Positions 47,023-56,691 of a DNA stretch of 64,000 nucleotides are shown piece by piece. Numbering within the stretch: the stretch's first letter is position 1; each line of letters opens with the position of its first letter. The DNA comes from a virus: positions 30,831 to 94,830 of the IMG/VR virus record IMGVR_UViG_3300014012_000001. The stretch is one strand, 5' to 3'. Both the position numbers and the translations under genes were made by a program. The notes beneath the pieces were generated by a model, which was not told the origin of the DNA, did no database searches, and was given only the letters and a program-made list of their open reading frames with translations.

Positions 47023-47531
47023 TGCTCAAGTTCTTTCTTAATCCTCGTAACATCCTCATGATTGTGATCGTGGCGGTAATTAGCTGGACACAGTGGAAGA
47101 TCTACAGTCAAGAGAAAAACATCACCGAACTAACGTCCTCGCTTAAAGATTCGCAACAGAAGGTCTCAGACCTGACGTCGGATGTGGAAGATCTGCGTGA
47201 ACAAATGCGCATTGATCGCGAATCGGTCGAGGATTGGTTTAACACCACCACCAAGTTTACTAATGTACAACTTGGTTACCAGACCGAGGTTGAAAATGTG
47301 CTCACTAAGTTTCGGTACGAGCTGGCCGTCAACGCCAAAAAGCCCGAACCTCAAAACACTGTTGTTAATATTCGTCCTGATATCGCTAGCTCTGCTATCA
47401 ACGGGATGTGGAACGCGTATGCCTCCACCCAATCCCTCAACGGACCTCCCAAGCCAGATCCCACCGGAGTACCAGAGAAAGGCGCCGGTTCAACCCCCGC
47501 CGGATCTCGAAGCGTTCAACCGAGCAACTGA
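47022..47531 (+). CDS. i-spanin (Rz-like)
   Basis: N-terminal TM helix (ILMIVIVAVISW) followed by a coiled coil; overlapped by a lipoprotein ORF. Confidence 0.7.
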   Translation: MLKFFLNPRNILMIVIVAVISWTQWKIYSQEKNITELTSSLKDSQQKVSDLTSDVEDLREQMRIDRESVEDWFNTTTKFTNVQLGYQTEVENVLTKFRYELAVNAKKPEPQNTVVNIRPDIASSAINGMWNAYASTQSLNGPPKPDPTGVPEKGAGSTPAGSRSVQPSN

Positions 47532-47667
47532 TGAAGAAAAGTTGTTGATGGCTTCATTGGCGTACATGATCCAGACTAAAAACCTGGGCCTTTGTTTTGC
47601 AACGCAAGAATCTTTCCAGAAATGGTATGAGGAAACGGCCAAGAGGGTCAACTTGCGAGGTAAATAG
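47296..47667 (+). CDS. o-spanin (Rz1-like lipoprotein), overlapping the i-spanin in another frame
   Basis: Signal peptide LLLIFVLISLALL, lipobox LSTG-C, then a Pro-rich segment. Confidence 0.7.
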   Translation: MCSLSFGTSWPSTPKSPNLKTLLLIFVLISLALLSTGCGTRMPPPNPSTDLPSQIPPEYQRKAPVQPPPDLEAFNRATDEEKLLMASLAYMIQTKNLGLCFATQESFQKWYEETAKRVNLRGK

Positions 47668-47669
47668 CC

Positions 47670-48077
47670 ATGAACATCGGTGGGGCGTTGGGGATAGCTG
47701 GGAAACGCCCGTTGGGGGAGTTCGAGTGGGGGGAAACCATCGTTGATATTTGCAACAGCCATCTGAATGAAAAGAATCAGCTGTTGTTGACTGACTCGGG
47801 GAATGACGCATACGCCAAGATTGCAACTTTGAAGGACGCGATCCAGATCAAGTTGTTGTCGATGGAAGTCGGCACCATTCTAGACAGCGGTAACAAGACT
47901 AAAGCGACGTATGTACGCGCAGGTCTTGTGATGCTGTCTGTGGTTATGGCAATGGTTAGCACCTTTGCTACCTATCACTTCAATCCTGCTGGGGTGGGTG
48001 ATGAAGAAAAGTCGCAGATGACGCAAGCGCTGGTCTCTGCACTCCAGACCTTACTACAGGTACTGACAGGCACGTAA
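47670..48077 (+). CDS. Membrane protein, possible holin/antiholin
   Basis: One hydrophobic helix (AGLVMLSVVMAMVSTFA); lies between the spanins and the endolysin. Confidence 0.4.
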   Translation: MNIGGALGIAGKRPLGEFEWGETIVDICNSHLNEKNQLLLTDSGNDAYAKIATLKDAIQIKLLSMEVGTILDSGNKTKATYVRAGLVMLSVVMAMVSTFATYHFNPAGVGDEEKSQMTQALVSALQTLLQVLTGT

Positions 48078-48113
48078 CGGCATACAGGGAGGCTCACGCC
48101 TCCCTGTAGGCTT

Positions 48114-48833
48114 TTATGCTGCGTTGATTCGAAGGTTGCTTGGATGCAGACCCAATACCAACTTCTGCTCAACCTTAGCTGCGCATTCAGCTTTGGTAAT
48201 CAGACCGTCACGGTTGGCATCCAATCCTCGATTTTGGATGTAGGCTTTACCCGGCTTCTTCTCGGAGAAGATTACGTAGTCTTCAGCCTTACCTACAGCC
48301 ACGGGCCAAAGTATACGGAGATAGATGTCACTCGTGGTTTTGATCTTACCGGTATACGGTTTGAAGAACTTGTAGACGTACTCCAACTGTTCTTCGGCAG
48401 ACATCTTCACAAGCTTCGTAGTAGTCGTCCCTACGTCCTTAGCCGCAGCAGCACCAAACTGGATCAGGCCATAGTAAGGTGCACCTGCACCGTTCTTGAT
48501 CGAAGGACTGAAGGTTTCTCCAGTCTCGAACGCCATACAGGCCATCAGCTGATCCGGACCTTGCGTGCCCAGTTGGAGCAGTGTCGCGATCTCATTCACA
48601 CGCTTGACGAAACGATCACTGACCTTAGTTGACCACGCCGTTGCTTTACAGTAAGCAAAGAGCAGCGGAGTCATCCCTTCCGGCACAGTCTTCTTACCGA
48701 CCACCGAGCGACGTGCGTTAGTAAACGCACCATGGGACAGCGGACCCCACGAACCATCAATGAGTCCTGTATAAAAGCCCAACGCTTTCATGTTGCGCTG
48801 TAGGTCTTTCAAGGTTTCTTTAGTTACGGACAT
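48114..48833 (-). CDS. Endolysin: peptidoglycan-binding domain plus lysozyme-like/transglycosylase domain
   Basis: LQRNMKALGFYTGLIDGSWGPLS (PG-binding), MACMAFETGETFSP...YGLIQF (catalytic Glu), NRGLDANRDGLITK. Confidence 0.88.
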   Translation of the reverse strand: MSVTKETLKDLQRNMKALGFYTGLIDGSWGPLSHGAFTNARRSVVGKKTVPEGMTPLLFAYCKATAWSTKVSDRFVKRVNEIATLLQLGTQGPDQLMACMAFETGETFSPSIKNGAGAPYYGLIQFGAAAAKDVGTTTTKLVKMSAEEQLEYVYKFFKPYTGKIKTTSDIYLRILWPVAVGKAEDYVIFSEKKPGKAYIQNRGLDANRDGLITKAECAAKVEQKLVLGLHPSNLRINAA

Positions 48834-48849
48834 TTTCACTACTCCACGT

Positions 48850-49350
48850 TTAAGTATTAACTACCCATTGTCCAGAGGTCGGTAGAGGTCGGTCGAACAC
48901 CCAACCAATGAAGGTACGGGTTGTCCCACTTGTACCTACTCCAACATTAACGAGGCGCCCATAGATACCGTTGACGGTGATGTCGCCGATTTGGTTGGCG
49001 ACATGTCGAATATCGCCTTCGACAGCCATCTCCAACCACTGGTACGGCGGCGCATTATAGTAAGGCTTGGTTCCCGTGACAATTACTGTTACCTTGTTTA
49101 CGAACTTGGTGGTGTTGTTGTTGGTTGTACCAAAGCCATTAACCAACCATCCATACGCGGTGTAGTCCCAACCAACTGAGGAACCTACGTTAACCGTGCC
49201 GTTATACAGACTGTTCAACATCCCCCTTAGGTAATCGTCCTTCCACACACCATTACGTTTAACAAGTGTGCGGTAGGGATAATACCACCTCCCTTGTTGT
49301 TTGATGAACACAGATGGCGCTCTCCAAACACCTGCTTGTTTAATTCTCAT
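48850..49350 (-). CDS. Small tail-fibre-tip-like protein
   Basis: Repeated KxxGxW units (IKQAGVWR, IKQQGRWY, VKRNGVWK) and a G/N/T-rich beta C-terminus. Confidence 0.5.
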   Translation of the reverse strand: MRIKQAGVWRAPSVFIKQQGRWYYPYRTLVKRNGVWKDDYLRGMLNSLYNGTVNVGSSVGWDYTAYGWLVNGFGTTNNNTTKFVNKVTVIVTGTKPYYNAPPYQWLEMAVEGDIRHVANQIGDITVNGIYGRLVNVGVGTSGTTRTFIGWVFDRPLPTSGQWVVNT

Positions 49351-49436
49351 ACAAAACCCCGTTATGTACCCCCTTCTCATAGGATACCGGGCATAAAAAC
49401 CCAGGGAGGCCGAAGCCTCCCTAGGGTTTATACCTT

Positions 49437-49985
49437 TCAAATACCGAAGTTATTTACCAACGCTATTCTCATCCCAGGCTTACCAGGACTTACTTGATGG
49501 TAAACGAATGACGGGAACAATAACAAGTCACCGGCCTTCGGGGCGATTCTCAACTTGGCGAAGTGTCCGTTAGCGATGTCAGCAGGATAGCCACGATTAG
49601 CGTTGTGTCTAGGGTCGGCCATGACAATACAAGAATCGCTATCCAACGGATAATAAACTGTTGTCAACAACCCCCACTCGTGGTTGTGCATTTCCAACCC
49701 TTCACTACCTGTGTTACACACAGCCCACATCCCAACGGAGAGTTCACTTACATCCATCTCACTACCCCAATGCTCCTTGAAGTAATCCTTCACGTGGGGC
49801 GTGATGTATTGGTTGCGAAACTCGATTAAGGCATCTACCCCAACAGTGCCCGGAGCCAGGTCTGAGGCAGTTCCTTCACCACAACACAAGATGAGTTGAG
49901 CCATCTCCTCTGGGTCTACAACGTCGTTCAGATTAAGACTAACGATACTCGTATTCCAAGGTTGGATCAAGACCTTACTGGACAC
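49437..49985 (-). CDS. 2OG-Fe(II) oxygenase (HxH type), paralog 3
   Basis: HNHEWGLLTTVYYP...DPR...PKAGDLLLFPSFVYHQV...RIALVNN. Confidence 0.85.
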   Translation of the reverse strand: MSSKVLIQPWNTSIVSLNLNDVVDPEEMAQLILCCGEGTASDLAPGTVGVDALIEFRNQYITPHVKDYFKEHWGSEMDVSELSVGMWAVCNTGSEGLEMHNHEWGLLTTVYYPLDSDSCIVMADPRHNANRGYPADIANGHFAKLRIAPKAGDLLLFPSFVYHQVSPGKPGMRIALVNNFGI

Positions 49986-50541
49986 CTTTCACCTCTATGT
50001 GGTAATCGCTGACGAAAGACAGTCGCATTTCTTCTTTACCGCAACGCACTTGGTGGGCTAGAAAGCTTGGTATTATCCAAAGGTCTCCAGCCACAGGAGT
50101 AATGCGCATGCTACCGAAGTAGTCTCGCATCATCTCGGCAGGATACCCTCGACAACTGGCTCCGCGAGGATCGAGCAACACCAACATAGCGGTGGCATCC
50201 AGCGGATAGAAAATGGTGGTGATGGTCGACTTAGGATGGTAGTGGTGTTCCATGTCTCCGGTGATAGACACAGGGAATGAGTACACTGTTACGTCATAGT
50301 GGTCAAGATCGACCCTGAACTCCTCACTCAAATATTTCTTAACCAAAGGGGTTATATACTTCTCCCTCAGGTTCACCAAACCTTGTACCATAAAGCCGTG
50401 GTCATCCAGTTCTTTATGGGTATTGTCGGCGTGACCATAATTGAGAATGATCTCTTGTGCCAATTGGTCAAGGTCGATATCTTCTTTGTCGGCCAAATTA
50501 ACCCGAATCACAGTGGTTGGCCAAAGGGTGTGCTTTTCCAT
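49975..50541 (-). CDS. 2OG-Fe(II) oxygenase (HxH type), paralog 2
   Basis: HYHPKSTITTIFYP...DPRG...PVAGDLWIIPSFLAHQV...RLSFVS. Confidence 0.85.
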   Translation of the reverse strand: MEKHTLWPTTVIRVNLADKEDIDLDQLAQEIILNYGHADNTHKELDDHGFMVQGLVNLREKYITPLVKKYLSEEFRVDLDHYDVTVYSFPVSITGDMEHHYHPKSTITTIFYPLDATAMLVLLDPRGASCRGYPAEMMRDYFGSMRITPVAGDLWIIPSFLAHQVRCGKEEMRLSFVSDYHIEVKGVQ

Positions 50542-51098
50542 TAATCTACCTCAAGCGTAAATTCATTCAAAAGGGTCAGTCGAAGGTCCTCCTGAACATA
50601 GGAAACGCTATGTTGGAGGTAGCTTGGGAATATCACCATATCGCCAGCTTTCGGGGAGATGTTTTGTGCCCTGAAATGGTTCTTAACAAATTCAGAAGGA
50701 TACCCTCTACACGCTAGCGCCCGTGGGTCAAAAAACGACAGACCGAATTTCGTAGATTCTGGGTAGAATACACAGGAGAAGTGTGAACTACGATGGATGT
50801 GTGGGAAGAGACCCTGTCCCCTAGGTACCCAATTGGCATTGGTGTCAATGCGGTGGGGTCCTAATTCATGATCGAAATAGAGGTGGAGATACTCTCTGAG
50901 ACTGTCGGTCACAAAGCCTTTACGGAACTTATCGATCTCAGGCAAGAGTTGGTAATCCACCGGACGGTCTGAGAGTTCTTCCCCACCCTCTTGAAGACAA
51001 TGTAGGGCGTGTATCTCCGAGGCTATTGTCTCAGGGTCGTAGTACCCTTCTGCATTGACAACCCCAATCACGGTTCTCCAAGGCTCGAGTACTTTCAT
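50541..51098 (-). CDS. 2OG-Fe(II) oxygenase (HxH type), paralog 1
   Basis: HIHRSSHFSCVFYP...DPR...PKAGDMVIFPSYLQHSV...RLTLLN. Confidence 0.85.
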   Translation of the reverse strand: MKVLEPWRTVIGVVNAEGYYDPETIASEIHALHCLQEGGEELSDRPVDYQLLPEIDKFRKGFVTDSLREYLHLYFDHELGPHRIDTNANWVPRGQGLFPHIHRSSHFSCVFYPESTKFGLSFFDPRALACRGYPSEFVKNHFRAQNISPKAGDMVIFPSYLQHSVSYVQEDLRLTLLNEFTLEVD

Positions 51099-51529
51099 GA
51101 GTAAAGCGCCTCTGTCACACGCTCAATGCCCTCTTCGGTACATTCAGCGTAGAAGTATTCAACAGTTTGCGGAGACCACCCAGACTCAATCCAATTAGCC
51201 ATACCCTCTAATTTGGTGAGAATTTGCTCGTAGGTGTCAGGGTCTTCCGAATACCGTTTGAAGTACGGGTCTTGTCCCAAGAACAAGTCAGGATCGTCTA
51301 GACTTTCCCTAACAGGAAAACCATACACCTTCTCGATCAGGGTGGCGTAGATGATAGCCACTGAGTAGGCCTTGGCCGGATAAATCAGCGGGAAGGTTTT
51401 ACTTTCAAAGTAGCGCAAAGCGTTGTCCACTAATTCCTCAGACACGATGTGTGGCATTTTGGAAAAGGCGTCTGTGTGATCAGTCACCAATTGGTTGTAC
51501 AACATTTGACACATAGTGTAAGGTTTCAT
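51095..51529 (-). CDS. Hypothetical protein within the rSAM cluster
   Basis: 144-aa ORF, translationally coupled to the downstream gene. Confidence 0.7.
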   Translation of the reverse strand: MKPYTMCQMLYNQLVTDHTDAFSKMPHIVSEELVDNALRYFESKTFPLIYPAKAYSVAIIYATLIEKVYGFPVRESLDDPDLFLGQDPYFKRYSEDPDTYEQILTKLEGMANWIESGWSPQTVEYFYAECTEEGIERVTEALYS

Positions 51530-51540
51530 GACAACGCCTC

Positions 51541-52572
51541 TTAATGCTTAACTAGGTCCACTCGGTTCTTCATCCCCACCAGACAACGATCGTGTTTCAG
51601 ATAGCGCATCAAAGTGTGGTTACCGTTTATTGAACAAAGGTTATTGAAACAACAATCCCCGCATTCCGGATGGTTAACAAACTGGGCTAAGTTCTCATAG
51701 TGGAGATTGTTAACAAACTCCAAAATGGTTTCAGCCGTCCAAGGCTTAGGTATTTCAAAGAACGGGTCAAAACACGGGAACTTCTCAATGACGATCGGGT
51801 TATAGTAAAGCTTACCCGCCCGGTAGGTTAGGTCGGTACCCTCAACCCCTTTAGAGACCAAGGGGCGACAATAACGAGTATCCCCCACCTCATTGATTTT
51901 CTCTGCGTAATGCAACAAGTCCCTTAAGTACTTATCCCTTAGGATGAGGTTATTAAGGTCTTTACGACCATGTCCAAACCCGTGCTCAATCGTGGTCCTT
52001 ACCCCAAAATCAAAGTTGCCAGTCACATCCAGATTATCAAAAGATAGCTCCTTGATGTTTTCTTCTACCATGTTGGAGTTGATGTAGAGCTGGTGGAATG
52101 TGGTCGTACCGAGGTTGTCTTTGATCAGACCCACCCTTCGTTTAAGAACCTCTAGGTACTTTTGGTTTTTCAGGTTCTTGACTAACACAGGGACAACGAG
52201 GCGAAACCTTTTGTTAGGTATCAGTTCACCAATCATTCCTCCCAACAACTCTAGGTTGTTGTCACTGAGTAAGGTTAAAGACACGGTCAACGACTCGTAT
52301 TCACCCCCAATGGTTTCTACGAGACGGTGTTTGAGCAAACTAAACCCATTGTCCGAACTCACAAAATCTGTTGGCCCTAGGGTAAATTCAAACAACCTCG
52401 CTCCGTTGGCTTTAAGGTCGTGGACGAGCTTGATTAGGTCATCGGTGTCCACATCACTAATGTTGTCTTTGATGTAGTCTTTGTCCACCGCACAGTCGGA
52501 ACAGCTGTAACCGCAACCCCTAAGGATTTCAACGGTGAAGTTGATTGGCATCTCACCGAACGGATTGATCAT
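51541..52572 (-). CDS. Divergent radical-SAM protein with a C-terminal Cys cluster
   Basis: CGYSCSDC; LGPTD in place of GGE; FFEIPKPWT; CGDCCFNNLC...C. Confidence 0.75.
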   Translation of the reverse strand: MINPFGEMPINFTVEILRGCGYSCSDCAVDKDYIKDNISDVDTDDLIKLVHDLKANGARLFEFTLGPTDFVSSDNGFSLLKHRLVETIGGEYESLTVSLTLLSDNNLELLGGMIGELIPNKRFRLVVPVLVKNLKNQKYLEVLKRRVGLIKDNLGTTTFHQLYINSNMVEENIKELSFDNLDVTGNFDFGVRTTIEHGFGHGRKDLNNLILRDKYLRDLLHYAEKINEVGDTRYCRPLVSKGVEGTDLTYRAGKLYYNPIVIEKFPCFDPFFEIPKPWTAETILEFVNNLHYENLAQFVNHPECGDCCFNNLCSINGNHTLMRYLKHDRCLVGMKNRVDLVKH

Positions 52573-53654
52573 GATTCTTTCTCCCGATGTAGGGTCTCCA
52601 TTCCATCCTGCCCACCGTACTTCTGATCCTTATAGGTCGGTACGTGTAGGTCGGTACGGTTTTTCATGTGTAGTAAACACGTGTCGTGTTTCAGGTAGCG
52701 CATGACAGAATGTAGGTCGCCATGAGCACAGTTGTTTAGATGACAACAATCACCACACTCTGGACTGGTAACGAACTCGACAAGATTGTCTTCATACAAA
52801 CTTCCCTTGTACCCCACCACAGATTCAGCCGTCCACGGTTTGGGGATTTCAAAGAAGTCGTCGAAGATTGGGAATTTCTCCACCACCACAGGGATGTAGT
52901 AGAGCTTGCCGTCTCGGTACCCTAACTCAATACCGTCGAACGGGTCATGGAGCAGTTGTCCTGAGAACTTCACATCGTTGTCGGCGATGACTTGGGCAAA
53001 CTTGTAGATGTCCCGTTTAAACAGATCCTGTCTCAACAAGTTTTCAAACCCACCACGAGAGTGGGCGAAGCTATAGTCCACGGTGGTGCGAGGACCTAAG
53101 TCGATGCTTGTAGCGATCCGGTGGTATTCGGCATCGAAGTCCTGTGCGTTTTCTTTGAACATGTTGATGGTCAAATAGGACGCGTAGAGGTCCGTCTTGG
53201 TAAGGTACCCCTTTAGCAAACCCAAGCGTTCTTGAAGCTTTTGGATGTACTTCGGGTTTTTAAGGTTCTTTACCGTCACAGGCGTAATTACCCGCAACCG
53301 CTTACCACCCATAATCGCATCGAGGGATTCTGCTAGCTCTTTAAGTCCTTTGTCGCTAAGTAGGCTAAGGGAGATCACCATCGAACCGAAGTGCTCGAGC
53401 AAACCCTTAACCAAAGGACTTTGCAACAGCTCCATCCCGTTACTCGAAGAGACGATGTCGGTTGGTCCTAGAGTGAATTCAAAAGGCCTGAACCCTTGGG
53501 ACGCGAGCCCGACCACCACACCCAACAACGCTTCGGTGTCTGGGTTTACTGTTAAGGTAGGTTCAAAACTCTTATCCACGGCACAGTCCGAACAACTGTA
53601 GCCACAACCTTCCAATACCTCTAACGTGAGGTTGAAATCACACAATCTATCCAT
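52569..53654 (-). CDS. Divergent radical-SAM protein with a C-terminal Cys cluster
   Basis: CGYSCSDC; LGPTD; FFEIPKPWT; CGDCCHLNNC...C; close paralog of 51541..52572. Confidence 0.75.
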   Translation of the reverse strand: MDRLCDFNLTLEVLEGCGYSCSDCAVDKSFEPTLTVNPDTEALLGVVVGLASQGFRPFEFTLGPTDIVSSSNGMELLQSPLVKGLLEHFGSMVISLSLLSDKGLKELAESLDAIMGGKRLRVITPVTVKNLKNPKYIQKLQERLGLLKGYLTKTDLYASYLTINMFKENAQDFDAEYHRIATSIDLGPRTTVDYSFAHSRGGFENLLRQDLFKRDIYKFAQVIADNDVKFSGQLLHDPFDGIELGYRDGKLYYIPVVVEKFPIFDDFFEIPKPWTAESVVGYKGSLYEDNLVEFVTSPECGDCCHLNNCAHGDLHSVMRYLKHDTCLLHMKNRTDLHVPTYKDQKYGGQDGMETLHREKES

Positions 53655-54672
53655 GCGCTATACCCACCATACAGTCTTTGATGCTCAGGCGCTCCATAAG
53701 GCTAGTGATGCCCTTTTCTACGCAGCTGCTAAGATACACACACCCCATGCACTGCGTGTCTGCTAGGTACTCCAGAGAGCCTTGCTGGGCTTGTGTGCGG
53801 ATACTGAGCAGGTGCTCCATCGTCCATGGTCGCGGAATCTCAAAGAAGGGGTCAATAAAGGCACAGTCATCTTTTAAGAACGGTACCCAATACAACTTCC
53901 CATCCGTGTAGAGTAGGTTAAGCATCGTACCTGTGTGGTAACACAAGTCAGGGTTCTGTCTACGTTCGTCTTCGCCTTCGAGTTCTTGGTAGAAGTCTGA
54001 GATCAGGTACGAGATTCGACGCATGGTCTGACCTAACAACAGGTCTTTGACTTCTTTGCGACCGTAGGGAATGTTGAGGATATCGTCTTTGTCTACCGGA
54101 AACTCAACATCCAACCCACGCAGCAGGTTTTCTTTGTGGTGTTCGTTCATGGTCTCGGCAGTACAGTTAACCACAAAGCCTGCCTCGTTCAAGTACGCTG
54201 ACTTAAACTCCGCTTGTGCGTGACGCATGCGCTGCACGATACCTTCTGAGAACTTGGGGTTACGAAAGGAATCAGGGGCGGCTGGGATCAGAAAACGAAT
54301 CCGTTGGCCTGGGGCTGCGGCGTCGACTTCAGCACACATCTCATCGTACAGCTCCAAGCGCTTTTCGAGCATGGCCATCTGTAAAGTAAACTGATGAAAC
54401 AGGTGAATGATGTCCCGCACACCTGGATCACGCAGTACTTGATACCCGTTGGTCGCTGACATGGTATCGGTGGCACCCAACCCCAAATCAAACGCGACGT
54501 ACCCTGCCTCAACCAGCTCTTTTAATAACGCCAAGATTTCTGGCATGTCGTCAAGGTTACCGCCCACTTCACGGTTGACCATACAGCCACCACAATGGTG
54601 ACTACACCCTTCGTATAGGTCTAGGGTGATTTCCAAACGTTGACGATGAGGAACTATCATGTCTCGCTCCAT
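53647..54672 (-). CDS. Divergent radical-SAM protein with a C-terminal Cys cluster
   Basis: CSHHCGGC; LGATD; FFEIPRPWT; CMGCVYLSSC...C. Confidence 0.7.
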   Translation of the reverse strand: MERDMIVPHRQRLEITLDLYEGCSHHCGGCMVNREVGGNLDDMPEILALLKELVEAGYVAFDLGLGATDTMSATNGYQVLRDPGVRDIIHLFHQFTLQMAMLEKRLELYDEMCAEVDAAAPGQRIRFLIPAAPDSFRNPKFSEGIVQRMRHAQAEFKSAYLNEAGFVVNCTAETMNEHHKENLLRGLDVEFPVDKDDILNIPYGRKEVKDLLLGQTMRRISYLISDFYQELEGEDERRQNPDLCYHTGTMLNLLYTDGKLYWVPFLKDDCAFIDPFFEIPRPWTMEHLLSIRTQAQQGSLEYLADTQCMGCVYLSSCVEKGITSLMERLSIKDCMVGIAHG

Positions 54673-55583
54673 CTCACGATTAGGTCGTGAAAGCCGTTAC
54701 ACGAATCCAGCAGATTGTGTTCTTCTCGCAGATGCTCTGACAAACACTTACCAAAGAACTGACAAGAGCCACATACACTGTTATTAACAACTCGCTGTTG
54801 TTCAATTGTACACCACGCAAGGTAGTCCTCAAAAGAATCGAGTTCTAAGAAGAGTTCCCTGTTGTCTTTATCAAACTCCAACACTGCGAAGTTACCGGCA
54901 GGCGTGATATAAACGTGGTCGTCGCTAAAAGAGTTGTGAGTGCCTTCTAATACTTGCTCTAAGTGAGTCTGGTTCTCTAGATGGAACTGTCGATCAGGGT
55001 GTGTCAGTACTGCATAAACAAACTGCTCAAATTCGCGGTTGGTGACCGGTTGTTGGTTGGCTTGGTTCTTACTGTAGGGCTTAAGCTCAGCCACAGTCAT
55101 GTTGGTTAACAGGTTAAACGTGTGCACATACTCATCCGGCGTGACCGTGTCCAAGAACGCACGACTGACGAGGGTTAGTATGCTGAACTCTCGTGGGAGG
55201 GTCAGTAGGTTGTTGAACACTCGATCGGCTTTCTCCCTCGCTTCAAAGTCATAAGAGACGGTGAGTATATAGGTCGGATCTAAGGCCACAGAATTGACCG
55301 TAGAGAGGTTTGTGATCAAACTGATATCATCGCACCCATAAGCACCTAACAGCTCTCTAAGTGCCTTGTGGTAGCTCTCAGATAGCAATAGAACCTCACC
55401 ACCGTAAAGATCCACCTGATCGATGGTTCTGTGCTGGCTGAGTTCCATTAACAACTCTTCCAAGCGCTCCAAATCCAAGGTAGTTTTGTCGTTAAGTTGT
55501 TCTGGGGTCAGGTAACAGAAGTCACAACTGAAGTTGCAGTAGTAGGTCGGGTTCAGACTTACGTTTATCAGAGGCTTATCCAC
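54657..55583 (-). CDS. Radical-SAM protein with a partial SPASM-like domain
   Basis: NPTYYCNFSCDFCY, YGGEV, ITNL; C-terminal CGSCQFFGKC...C. GTG start inferred just after the upstream stop. Confidence 0.88.
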   Translation of the reverse strand: MDKPLINVSLNPTYYCNFSCDFCYLTPEQLNDKTTLDLERLEELLMELSQHRTIDQVDLYGGEVLLLSESYHKALRELLGAYGCDDISLITNLSTVNSVALDPTYILTVSYDFEAREKADRVFNNLLTLPREFSILTLVSRAFLDTVTPDEYVHTFNLLTNMTVAELKPYSKNQANQQPVTNREFEQFVYAVLTHPDRQFHLENQTHLEQVLEGTHNSFSDDHVYITPAGNFAVLEFDKDNRELFLELDSFEDYLAWCTIEQQRVVNNSVCGSCQFFGKCLSEHLREEHNLLDSCNGFHDLIVRWSET

Positions 55584-55587
55584 AACA

Positions 55588-56691
55588 CTACCCTTTGGCG
55601 ATGATTCTGATCGATTCGTCCACATAGGGGGTAGGTACCAAGATACCTTCCAACCCGTTTAATTTGATGATCTGTGGTGCGAGGCTTTTCATAGTAGAAC
55701 ATTGCAGTTCTACTAAACCCAACCGTTTGGTGTCGGCAATGGTCTTCTTACACCCATTACAGATAGCAAACATAGGACACGCATAACAAGACTCTTTCAT
55801 CGAGTCTAGTTCGGGTTGATTTCTTAACGGCGTAAAGAACTCACCAGACATCTCTTGCTTAAAGTCGATAGGGTACTCGTTGTCATCCCCAAAGGACCCA
55901 CAGGAGTAATAACCCCCACCCGGTTGCAGTGCCCGAATGCCTTCATCGCAGTCTCTGGCCAAGGGACAGGTAGTGGCATGACCACGAAGTTTAACCAACA
56001 TTTGCTTTGTGTTGTACTCCCACTCAGACAGACCGGCTTCGTGAATGGCTAAGTAGTGTTTGTAAATTTCAGCCTGAGTAAACAATTTGTTGATATTACC
56101 CATCGTGATGTTACCAACACTCACCTCTGGTCCTGAGGCGATCGCGTGATTGAGCTTACACTCAACCCCCAACCTCTGCGCCAGACGGATCGTGTCGAGT
56201 ACTGTGTGTTCGTTCTCTCGGTCAATCACGGTGATGAAATCTGGACGATAGCCCACGTGCTCCAACATAGCGTCGCTACAGGCAATGAAGTCCGCTTCGG
56301 TAAATACGCTAGAGTCACCTTTACGCCGCCCTTCACCATATTGGAACGAGGTGGTGATGCCTAGACGTGGGTGGTTAAACAATTCCTTCCACATCTCAGG
56401 CTTTTTGTAGAAGCCCCAAAGATTAGTTGTGAAACTAATCGTGGCGTCGCACCCGTTGCGTTCGAGGATGTCTATGATTTCCCAATAGTACTTAGGCGAC
56501 ATCATCAGGGGGTCGCCGCCATTTACAATGACAGTGCTGGTTTCAGGAAATCTCTGAATGAACGACTCGATGTCACTTAGCTCAACGATGTCTTTGGGGT
56601 TTTCAGACAGGTGGGTGCTGGAGCAGAAGGTGCACTTGAAATTACAAGCCACCGTCGGTTTCAGTATAAGGTCCACAGGTTCATTCCTCAA
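55588..56691 (-). CDS. Radical-SAM/SPASM protein
   Basis: KPTVACNFKCTFC, NGGDPL, TTNL; CPLARDC...YSC...CYACPMFAICNGC...C. Confidence 0.9.
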   Translation of the reverse strand: MRNEPVDLILKPTVACNFKCTFCSSTHLSENPKDIVELSDIESFIQRFPETSTVIVNGGDPLMMSPKYYWEIIDILERNGCDATISFTTNLWGFYKKPEMWKELFNHPRLGITTSFQYGEGRRKGDSSVFTEADFIACSDAMLEHVGYRPDFITVIDRENEHTVLDTIRLAQRLGVECKLNHAIASGPEVSVGNITMGNINKLFTQAEIYKHYLAIHEAGLSEWEYNTKQMLVKLRGHATTCPLARDCDEGIRALQPGGGYYSCGSFGDDNEYPIDFKQEMSGEFFTPLRNQPELDSMKESCYACPMFAICNGCKKTIADTKRLGLVELQCSTMKSLAPQIIKLNGLEGILVPTPYVDESIRIIAKG

